This document shows, one piece after another, positions 24,246 to 36,300 of a DNA stretch of 38,971 nt. The notes below the pieces were generated by a model, which ran no database searches, was not told where the DNA came from, and saw only the letters and a list, made by a program, of their open reading frames with translations. Origin of the DNA: Priapulus caudatus (lineage: Eukaryota). The position numbers were made by a program, and so were the translations under genes. Every line of letters begins with the position of its first letter. Position 1 is the first letter of the stretch. The stretch spans positions 908,214 to 947,184 of the forward strand of contig NW_014577063.1 of NCBI RefSeq assembly GCF_000485595.1, read 5' to 3'.

Positions 24246-27200
24246 GTAGGTTCGACATGAAGGGGGTTTGCTAAACGGGCTCGGCTGAGACAAATTGTCT
24301 TCGATAGTTGGCGTGCGTGTGTTATATAATTCTGTATGAGAAGTAAAAGACATTCGCGGTGACCCGTATCATTTACATGCACTTGTTGCTAATAATGCGT
24401 GTAGTAACATACTGGGTAAACGTGAGTTGTGTGGCCATTTGTATATTGTATCGCATGCAATTACGTAACAGGCCATTTTACGCGTTTGTTATATATATAC
24501 TAGCTCTGATATGGAAACGTATATTGTTTCCCGTAAACGTTACCGTATACGTCTTTATGCATATAACCGCAATACAACAGGGGTTAAAATTGACAAATTT
24601 GTCATTAAGTGCTACCGTATACGTTTCTGTGCATAAAACTGCAATACAACAGGGATTAATATTAAAAAATGTGTCATTATTAACCACTTGAATACAACAC
24701 TACATCCCACAAAGACGTGGAGCAGGCTTCGCCAGTTGGCAATACATTACGTCAATCGTGTCCTAGGAAATTATCGTTTACTGCCAGTTTGCTTCCCAGG
24801 TTACTATTAGCTAAACACTTATTAATTATTCGTTATACACGTGTTCTCTCATAATTTGTTTGCTAACAGGCAAGTGTAGTTATAGCTTTGCAGGCAGGTT
24901 AATGGGGCAGATAAAGGCCGAGAAAACGTGGAACGGCAGAGAGGAGCTTTCATTAGCGTAATGAGGTGTGATTAGTTCTCACACCAGCCTACACTGCACC
25001 TGCGCCCATCTGCCGTTCTGCCTTTATAATCATGCTCCTCCTCCACTACCCTCCTCTAATTACTCTAGTCCTTCCTCATTTTCCTTCATCTGTCTTTCTT
25101 CTCTTAGACATCCGCTTTCCTCTCAGACCAACCGTACTTACTACATTTGTTTTTCCATTATCCCTCCCAAATCTGATCCACCTGCAACCACACTTGATCT
25201 CATCTATCTATAATAATCTTAGAACATCATATAATATTATAAATTGATCTTCCTTCTTAAGCTGGGGTTACACTACCGACTTTATGCCGTCAAATTGGCG
25301 ATTTAGCCCAATTTCGCAATTCGGCAACAGAGAGTTAGAGTAGTTAGCACTAGTATAGTTAGAACTAGTTGCTACTAACCAGTTGCTCGCGCGACTTTTA
25401 CGTTTACACTGCCGATTGTCGGATTGTATAATTGCGAAGTTGGTCCAATTCGCCAATTTGTCTGCGTTTAAAGTCGGTAGTGTAAGCCCAGCTTTAATTC
25501 CTTCTTGTTGTGCGCGTGCCCGTAATTTGTAACTTAATCCCTTTTCTCGTAATCTTGTACGCGTAATCATTTTCGTACGTGCGAAGCAAGTTTTTGCGTG
25601 ATTAGAAGGCATTTTTTTGTGGCATCTCACAATGTACGTGAGCCGTCAATAGGTTTCTAAAATATCGAACGGCGAGTTTTGCTGTTTCACGCCATGTAAA
25701 ATGTTTCTATTTTTTATCAACTTTAAATTTGCTGCAATGAACATCGTATTTCGTAAGAAAATGATATTGTATAATAGAGGTAATGTCAAATAATTATTTG
25801 ACCAATTTAATTCTCTCTAACAAACTTGACATAACAAAAGTCTTAACTAGTAATAGTTTATGTTTCAACAGAAAATAGTCGTATTTCACTAACGTTCGTT
25901 CGCTATTTTTCCTTCGCTATTTTAAAAGTTGATCGGTAAATAGCGAAGAACACGTCCGCGCGTGTTTCACAAAGCTCCGTTCGCCAAAGTTATTCGTTAT
26001 TTAGCGAACAACTTTACCGACACCTCTGCAGGGTCTCGGTAAATTTAGCGATTTGCCTATGAAAACATAATGTAGCGCAGTGTGAGCATTGACAGATGTG
26101 ACACACGCGTTAGCACGTAGCAAGCGCCGAGAATATAGCACACATGCACAACCGTTGGTTATGATCGCTCGCTGGTGCAATGTACTTTGGAAGCAGTGAC
26201 CAACGTAACACACGAAAGTTGCCATGCGGACAGAGTTCCTTTTTGCGCAGGCATATATATTTTGAACGAGTATAATTAACGTGTAATTATCGCATTTAAT
26301 CAAGCTATAATGAATATAATCTCCGCGTAGAACTTCGTCTTCGCATTTAGCAGACTTTCGCGACTTAAGGATTTTATTATAGCAACTATTATAATTGGCC
26401 TATTCATTGCCACGTCGGCATTTCGCGAAATATTCGGTAATTGATTTCAAGCGCTTGTAAATTTGTTCAACAAAATCTTAACGCGGTTTATGTCGTAACC
26501 GGCAGATGGCGTAAGATGGCGTAACTTTACAAATTTCAAAATATGCAAATGGTTTCAGGATCCGTATGAGGTTTCTAAATCCTTGACGATCTCATTTGGC
26601 ATACCGATAAGCCAATATTAAAATAAAATTTAATATATTTAGACTGAATAAACAATAATGCATACCTTCAAGATACTAGGAAACGCGTGATTTAAACGAA
26701 TATATGCAATGTATTGACGTTCAGGGCTAGTGGCCGTATTGCGATAACTATACATTGCTCCCACACACGAGCCATAACAGCTAAGCAATTACAAACGCCT
26801 TGATAGAAGCGTAGACTTGAAAAGGTGCCTAATGATCTCGTGGTAGGTAGTGCTTTAGCAAAATAATAAGCGACATATGTGAGCATATTACTAGATGCGT
26901 ATAATTGTAATGAGGCTCGTGTCGTTAATAGTGGCCAGGTTCGTGACGTTTGGCGCGTGTAAGATGTACCATTCGATAGCACGATTAATAGACAGACGTG
27001 AATGACGTATGACAGAAACAAGATGGCCCAGTCACACATACGCGACGCACGGCCCGTGCATTGAAAAAAATGAAAAATAAGATCAGTGCGTCGTTGTGCG
27101 CCCAACTTTTGTCAGGATTTGGGAGAAGCTAGCGAGTTGACAACGAATGCACAGCGTGTTGCTAGCGCGCTGCGCGTATCTAGGGCGCATACACAGTGCA

Positions 27201-30200
27201 TACAGAGCGTATACAGGGCAGGGCGCACATGTTAAAAAACTCAACAAACGCACAGCGTGTTGCTAGCGCACGGAACAAATGGTCCGCGCATGCGCATTCA
27301 CCGCGCATTCAACGCACAGCCAGCGAACGGCAGCGGTCATGCATGCTGTGACAATGAGCTTGACGGTCTCGGGCTGCTGCTGCATCGTGTTCAGGAGAAC
27401 TTGGAAACGGTTGGCCAGGATACCGAAGGCATTTTCTGCGACCCTCCTGGCTCGGGAAAGCCGGTAGTTCAAGATGCGCTCCGGCCGCGTCATACCCCGG
27501 AGGCTGTACGGCTTCATCATGTTGGGTCGTAGGGCGAAGGCATCGTCGCCAACAAAGAAGTAGGGCACATCCTGGTAGTCGTTGGAAAAAAGCATCGGGA
27601 TCAGGAAAGCCTAGACTACCATCTTCAACGCATTCCTTCAGCTCAAAGGCATTGTAGATCTGAGCGTCTGATGCTGATCCCATACCGCCGATGTCTGCCC
27701 AGATGAACTTGTAATCAGCATCCACGAGCGCCATGAGGACAACAGAGTAGAACCCTTTGTAGTTGTAGTATAGGAAACCACTGTTTGGAGGACACTTGCA
27801 GTTGACGTGCTTGCCATCAAGTGCACCACAGGTATAGGGAAAGTTTCACCTCTCCATGAACTTGTCATATATGGCACGCCATTCCTCAGGAGTGGTGGGA
27901 CACTTCATCACCTCATCCTTGTACTTATCGATGATGGCCTGGCACACTTCTGGGATAAGCAGGGATATGGTGTTGTGAGGCACCCTCCACCCATAGGACA
28001 TTGAGTGATACTTGGTCCCACAGGCAAGATGCCGCAGAGTGAGGGCAAGCTTCAGGCCAGGGTAGATGGCCTTTCTGTAGGTTGTATTCTGCTTGGTGAT
28101 CCTCAGACCCACTCCGGTCAGCAGCTCGTCGAACATCTCGGGGGGCATCCGCATGAAGTTCTTGAAGGCTGCCTGGTCTTCGTTACGGAGTTCAACAAGT
28201 AGCTGGTCATACAGGCTAAACTGTCGTCGCCTACCGATCCACGGTCGGACCCAGAACCTCTGTTGACCTCTACCCTTTCTCCTTCTCCTGATGACATAGA
28301 CTTGGTGAAGTGCCAGTTCCATGAGGTTCTGCTGATGTTGGAGAACTGCGATCTTCCTGATTGTTAGTCGCAAGCTGTTCGGGATGCTTCCATCTTCTGA
28401 GGTGGTTCTTCTAGACACGATCAGCAGGAACGCTGCGCGTCATTCCCGCATGAGAGTCGAGGAGAAGTGATGATGAGGAGCGTGGGGCGGGGACCCGTTT
28501 ATATAACCCTAATGGGCTACACGCTGCGTACGAGCGCTAGGGACACACGCTAGAAAGAAGTTGGGCGCGCTAGCAGGACTCGTTCAGGCACTTCGTTCAG
28601 CAGCGCCCATAATTCGCTGCATGTTTCGTGGACAATGCGTAAGAAGGCTACGCTAGATGTGCGCTAGGTGTGGCGCTAGGGTGTTCACTACACTTCAAGG
28701 CCGACGATAACAACGAATACCCAGCCGTGTGCTCCGGGTGTGTCTGGCGTGTCCAAGCGCGCTTTGCGCGCTGTCTGGGCGTTCGCTTCTGGCGTGCATG
28801 TGAGCATTCCCTGCGTCGGCTCACGCGGCACATTTTTGTGGCTGCACAAAAAATCCCGACGCCCACGAGGGAAAAATGACAACTAAGACAATGCATAGCG
28901 CTGGTCCAGCACGCTCGGCCGACGAGTAAACGAATGCTTGACGCACGACCCTAGCGAAAGACAAGCGCACATGGCCAAAATTGGCCAACTTTACACGTGC
29001 GTCGTGTATGGTGTGACTGGCGCAAACGTAGCAACAATTAGTTCTATTAATCTTTTAGCCGAGTAATACACCAAAATACTATAGATCCCTCTAGGGGCAT
29101 GGCGCGTACACGGGGTCGTAAAATCTAAAGCAATAAGTACAGCAAGCAATATACACTGGTGCAAATCCAACCGTATCGAAGTAGTTTAGCCAGTCTCAAA
29201 GTAGTTTCCCACACACAAATCAAAGTAGTATAGTCACAGCAAATAGCAATAAAGTCAAAGCAAGCTAACCTACTCAGCATCTAGCAAAGGCGACTCTCCC
29301 TTTCTGTTCTAAATGGGCCTTTTTATATAATTTTTCGCCGATGGCCAACGTGACTTAAGTAGGCTTAAAGTCACGCGTTTTGGCTCACATAACATGGATG
29401 CAGCTTTCACAACTTTCGATAAGGGGGGGGGGTGAGTGACCACTGTCCAAGTGGGCGCTTGCAGCTAATGAGGCCGGCTTGACTGGATTAGTCGCCGCGA
29501 GGCAAGTCCCTGTCACCGAATCTGCCGGTGTAAATTCTTATAAATAAGTATCTATCTATGGCTGAATTAGCTTCATTACATAATAATACATGCACGCATG
29601 CCAAAAAGAAAACAAGACAATTTAGCGGGTAATAAAGCAATCATGCACATGCCTTGGGGGAACTGGCAAAAATGACTTGGCACATCGACCCCTTGTTGAC
29701 GCAAAAAATGTTTTGTATATGCGGTAAATTCTCTCGCTCTAGTTTCTCTATCTTTGATCTCGCTGACGACACCCTTGCTAGTTGCTGCTATCTCTATACT
29801 CTATTCTCATGTCTGGCAAATTTAGCCAATATATATTGGATTAGTCGTGGCTAGACAATTATTATGCAAGATATCCTGTATAATCATATTGGTTACACTA
29901 GAATGAGTTTGATCAGATCGGCTTGTGGTTTACCACAGTCTCTCGTTCCCTCGTTATTATAACACAAATTATTTATATACAAGCATATATATAATTTGTG
30001 TTATAATGATGTCTACATAATTATGTCTATACTGATAGCATGATAGACCCATCTTCTCCCACCAGTGCTTCAGAATAGATGCTTGGTTGCTGGGCGCTAA
30101 CAAATAGGTGAGCGAGACGTCTAGCATTTGACGATGGGCATGTACGAGCAAACAGACAACTTGCTACATGTGTACTGGGATCTAGACAGTCGTATGTAAA

Positions 30201-30927
30201 TTTAAACACATGCGGGTAGGTAGCGATGGGTGGAGAAGTTTTTAGCGAATGTCAAAAAATCTAACCTAATTCATATCACCCGTGAACGAAATGTGTGTAT
30301 GACAGCGACTCGTGCATATTCTCGCAAACTACTGCCCCCCCTCCCGACCATGACTATAGCTGACATCCGTACTTGGTGTGGATGGCAATTGCGAAATTGC
30401 TAAATAGTAATCAATTACTCGAGCTTAAATAAACCTCAATATCATCGTTCTCTCTCTCTCTCTCACCCTACGCTCGCCCGCCCGCTCTTTCCCCCCTCTT
30501 TCTCGTCCCTATATCGCTCGCCCCTTCCCTCTCGTCTTCTCTCCCTATTATGGGACACCGCTTTATGTGTATTAAATGGAGAGGTCAAACCCATTAGCGG
30601 CGTACTCACGTGCACGTATCACTCGCCCCTTCTCTCTCGTCTTCTCACTCTTTTATGGGACGTACACCGCTTTATGTGTATTAAAGGGAGAGGTCAAGCT
30701 CATGGGCAGTGTACTCATGTGCACGTGTCACTCGCCCCTTCTCTCTCGTCTTCTCTCTCTATTATGGGACGTACACCGCTTTATGTGTATTAAAGGGAAA
30801 GGTTGAGCACATGGGCAGTGTACTCATGTGCACGTGTCACTCGCCCCTTCTCTCTCGTATTCTCTCTCTATTATGGGACGTACACCGCTTTATGTGTATT
30901 AAAGGGAAAGGTTGAGCNNNNNNNNNN

Positions 30928-30979
<52 letters not shown>

Positions 30980-32668
30980 AATGCGAAGACGTCAAACGCA
31001 GCAAAAGATCTACACGCTTATTCCCCCTGTGTACAGCAGATGTGGCGGAATAAAAAAAACATGAATGAGCCAATCGCCCCGGCTGCCGGAGACGTTGCCT
31101 TATAACGCTATTTCACAAATCGAATGCCGAACGGGCATGCTTCTCTGTCGGTTCGATTGCTTGGCACGATGAGAGCAAACACCATTTATAATTAATATTG
31201 CCAATAATTGTGTGTAAAACAAATAACAATTGTGCCGAGGTCACAAAACGCAACGAAGCCAATACACATACGTTTTCTACGCCACCATGTCTACCTGTTA
31301 GGATCAATAAAGCTTAAAGCGACGAGTATTTACACAATTTTCCTTTATCGGTAAAAGGTAACGTGAGTAAATGAAAAAAAATTGGATTGGATTCGTTCAT
31401 CGTCGTTTCCCAGCAAAAATGCGGTTGCACTTGTAGCACTGCGAACGCTATCGCGAACCAATCGAGTCTTGCTAGGTGACTCTGATTAAAGTGCGCCTCG
31501 TATGACAACTAAACAAATAGAACGCACGGATACCTTCTAAATTGAACAGTACCACTATACGTTGGTGCAGGGTCAGTAACCGGGCGTGGACGTTAATTAC
31601 TTACGCTTACGCTTGGCTCTTACGATTTCGATCTGTCATGTCCTCCTATGACGACCTCAATAATAATAATGATGTCACATGAGGATGGAATAAGAAATGT
31701 GTAGCCATCCGCGGGATGTCCATGTGGTGCCTAGGTAGACACACGCCCGTATCGTGACCTCATTGCAGAACTGCTACATCTGTTGCGTTGTCGTCATCTT
31801 TATATACTGACGTATATAAGCGTCATCTTTATATACTGACGTATATAAGCTCAAACAACAATTTACTCAGTTCTGTTGCTTGTGCTCCGCTACATATTTA
31901 GTTATACCGACTTGAATCTTGTGGCAACAGCTTTAGCATGCAGCACAGTCAATTCTGGAATCGTAGAGTGCGTTTGCTGCACAGGCACACGCCGGGCCTT
32001 CCTCTGCTGCTAGAATTAAAATGGTTGTCCCGCGAGCGTGATTTTTTTTCCTAGGTCAATCAAGAACATAGGGCTCTAGTGAGCACGCTGGCACGCTTCT
32101 GCCTCCTTCAGATTTCCCGCCTCTTCCAACGTCGTTCCTAGTCGTCACCAAGCACTAAAACTTGATGTCCAGAGACAATTCGTAACCCCAATGATCTACC
32201 TTAAGTCATTAGAGCGCTATGAGGTAATTGCTGGCGCGTTCAGACGCAGATTCTGATGAGCAGTCAGCTTTTGCCGCCATTAATACCGTATGCACACGTG
32301 CAGGCATATAGCAGGTTACGCTGAGATGGTATGATTTGTGACGCGATCTGGCAAAATGAGTCGGAAGTCGTAAGTAGAGATCTTTCCCTACAGGCTAAAT
32401 ATACAGTTGAGCATTAATTTTATCGATTTTTCGTTTTTGAATAATTTGAATTAATTTTGTTGATCTCGCATGTACGTCGCTGTTGTTACGTCGTAGCTCC
32501 AAATAACTTCTGGCGCGTAAAAATGCGGATTCTGATAAGCTCTTGCCGTCATTAAAGCCTATTCAAACCCCCAAATAATCTTAAAATAATCGCCCACCAA
32601 CACAGATGTAACTGTAGTTTATACACGGGTGGAGGTACAAATACACAGAATATTCAAGGTTGAGTTTA

Positions 32669-32708
<40 letters not shown>

Positions 32709-33241
32709 CGGAGTTAATATGAACATAATTTGTCATTCATCAACTCCTGATGTATACACAACAACACCCAGTCACCACACACACAGCCACACCACCCCAC
32801 CCACACACACACACACACACACCCATCACACACACACCCACACAGTCCACACACCACTCACACGACACACACACTATACACATCAACACACACACGACAG
32901 CACACACACACCACATATATATAGTTTATCTATATATATATATATATATGATTTTGCGGCTTTTTTTACAGAAAAGGCTCGGCTGGCTCTCGAGTATGTT
33001 GACAATGTAGCCAAGACAGCAGGTAGTTGTGCCGGCGAACTGGAACTGGTGGCTGCCATAGACTTCAACCACACCACGTGGAAGAAGTCAGGCCCTGGTG
33101 AGTATATGTATAATATATGTGTGTGTTGCTGATTAAGACAACAAACACTTCTATTATTGTTAAGACACGGGTCCGTATCACACCAAGCCTTACCATAGAG
33201 ATGAGAAAAGAGAGAAAGAAGAGAGTGTGAGAGAGAGAGAG

Positions 33242-33284
<43 letters not shown>

Positions 33285-33287
33285 AGA

Positions 33288-33347
<60 letters not shown>

Positions 33348-36300
33348 TGTATAAAGAGAAACTCATCTAGGCGTTAAGGGTTTACAATGATATAACTGTT
33401 TTAAAGTTCTTCATATGAAGATTATGTTTATTGTATGTGCAACTATATACAGCAGCCAGCTGCGCACAAGAATTCGACTTATATTTTGGTCAAAATAATC
33501 GCAGTAGCTGTGATATTGGAGCATACGGGCATGTGGCAAGTGAAATAAAAAGTTTACGGGCCTACTGTGCACACAGGCATTGGACCGTCTCAATAAAAAA
33601 AAGAAAGTAAATAAACCCGAAATGTACCAAAGTCTTATGTTTGCTCTACTGTAGTTCGCGCTATGATCACCTGTACAATGCCGTAAATGCTCATCCGCTG
33701 CACACGCAAGTTATCAACCGAGACGCCCGCCCGCGCTGTGCTGCGTGCACAAACAACATGAATAAGAGAGTCATGGTTGTTTATATACTCTCTTATTCAT
33801 GTTGTTTTGTGCACGCAGACAAGGCGGGGCGGCGTTCGGTGTACTTGTCGTGTTGCAGATGAGGCATTTGACCGGCATTTACAGGTGATCATAGGCGAAA
33901 TACAGTAGAGAAACATTAAGAGTTTGGTAGCATTTCGTGTTTTATTACCTTCTTTTTTTTATTGAGACGTTTCAAGGCCTGTGCTGTGCACGTGTGTTTA
34001 TATAAGGTCAAGTATCCCAGGTTCAAAGTAATTTTTTCTGACTTTAGTTGCTTGGCCAATAAGATTTAGGCTAAATTCCTACATGCACTTTATCTTCCTC
34101 ACACTCATCACTATATATCACGTGTAGCGTATAGCACGTATGCAAATCGGTTGCACACAGGTTTGTCAGCTTAGTAATAACTGCATTAACTAAAATGCAA
34201 ATGGCATCTCGGCCGGTACGTGTTGTGTAGGTGGCGGTTCACACGCGAAGGATCACGAAGCTGTGGATGTGGTAATAATGGCACTCCACGCCATCGACGA
34301 CTGTAATATTTCTAACGCCATGACGCGGCTCTATGGTCGAAATAGAATCGTGCGGATATTTGGCGGCTGCGATGCGGCTTTCGACGAATACGCTTTACAC
34401 AAGATTATCGAATGGTAAATGATTAGATGTTTCCAATTCATTGTTGGGGCCACTGTGGGCGTCGGTGCGCGTAAAAATGAGTGACTTGCATGCGTTCTGC
34501 GTCACATGGGCGTCCCCGTATGTGTGTATATGCGTCATATGTGGGTGCGTATATGTGTATATGCGTCATATGTGCCGTGCGTTATGTTGTCGTATAGCGT
34601 CATATGTTGCGTCGCGTATGTGTCGTATATGCGTCATATGTGCGTCGTATGTGTCGTATATGCGTCACATGTGCGTCGTATGTGTCGTATATGCGTCACA
34701 TGTGCGTCGTATGTGTCGTCATATGGCGTCACATAGTGCCGTCGGTATGTTGTGCGTATATGCGTCCCATGTGCCGTCGTATGTGTCGTATCATGCGTCA
34801 CATGTGCGGTCGTAAATGTGTCGTATAGTGCGTCACATGTGGCGTCGTAATGTGGTCGTATAGGCGTACATGTGCGTCGTATAAGGCCCGGCTCACCACG
34901 TGAGTTTAAATTCCTGCAGTAAAATTAATGGCATGCGTTAAAAATACTGGCACGCGAAATATTTCGCAGCGTCCGCCGCACACGTGAGTAAAAATTACTC
35001 AAGGTATCAAGTGGTTAATGGGTAGAATCACGTGACTGTGCGCAGGCAATACTGGCGCAGTAATCTATAAATGAATTTACAACGCATGCGCTGTGAGTAA
35101 CCAAGTGTTGAGTAATATTTACGCAGCTAGCGCGCACACGTTGAGTATTTTTGATGCTACAGTCAAAGATTGTGCAACCTGTTTGATTATTGGAGCTTCT
35201 TGATGGGCATGGGTCAGAAAAGCTCAACGACAATCCGGCGAAGCAACGTGAGTATTTTGACCGCATTCATCATTTTACTTGAGTAAAAAATTACTCACGT
35301 ATGCGCCGGGCTGGCTATATGTTGTATAATGCGTCGCAACCATTACTTATTGTTTCAATAAGTCCGAAACAAGTGCATAATGTCAAGAGCGTAATAAGCA
35401 TTTATACTTATATCTCATAAGTAATATGACGGATATGTCTGATGTCTAGTACATAGTAAAGTGCGTTCAATATAAATTTATTAATAAATTATAATTTTTA
35501 ACTTCAATGTAATTTAGTTACAATTTTTAAATTAATAATATATATATATATAATAGTATATACTATTTATTTATTTATTCGCGGCCGAAATTATGCGAGC
35601 GAGTAAATATTATCGTAATCAGGTCACATTAGCTTTATATCCATTCACGCAATCATTTTAGGTTGGGTTTCTGAACTCATACACGGCGCCAAAACAAGAC
35701 CGAACTCGCAGCGATTTGGCAGTAAATTATAATTATCTTGAAACAGCTTAGACTCGGAGTGGTTTCATGTAACGCGAGAGAAAATTTTATATGATGAGAG
35801 GCTACGGGTCCGTAAATCTAAAAAAGGAGGTAGGTTTATTCCTCCACCGTTTCCCGTCTTTAGAATCATAAGGAAAGGCCAATGGAGATAAAGAATTGGG
35901 ATGTTGATAGTGAAGCTGATGTATAGTATTTACTAATGAATAAACTCCAGACGGTGTAGTATTTGACGGTTGGCGATATGTGGAAATGGAATTTGAAATC
36001 ACTATAGTCAAGCAAGATGAAATATTATCCGGAGAAGATGTCAGAAATATGAACAGCCTCAGAATATTACAGACTCATGACACTCCTTATTATGATATAT
36101 TGATTACATAGCTATATACGGATATTATTACGGCACTCAGCAATCCCATCTAAACGAGCGTAAGCAAACACCTTTCTATGATGTCAATCACGAATTTATA
36201 CGGCATTCTATTTGCGCAGATATAACAAAACTGGGAATCGCTCATATTGGCTCGAAGATCTCTTTGAGGCGTACGTAAACCTAGATGATGGTCAGCTGGA

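Noticed and set aside
25636..26596. Possible ~960-bp DNA transposon remnant with weakly inverted ends
   Set aside because: End similarity too low and no TSD.
26001..27105. Minus-strand ORFs of 100 and 137 aa next to the Harbinger, as a possible Myb/SANT partner
   Set aside because: They lie essentially outside the TIR and lack the spaced Trp pattern of Myb/SANT domains.
29060..29394. Possible minus-strand solo LTR (TGTTATG start, TATATAAAA)
   Set aside because: No clear CA end or TSD found.
30518..30917. CRISPR-like regular repeats (also at 15020, 18480 and 34495)
   Set aside because: Units are contiguous without unique spacers, there are no cas genes, and the context is eukaryotic.
35860..36050. 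Possible RTE LINE tail (RIIRK.QWR..IG)
   Set aside because: Match too short and broken to support.
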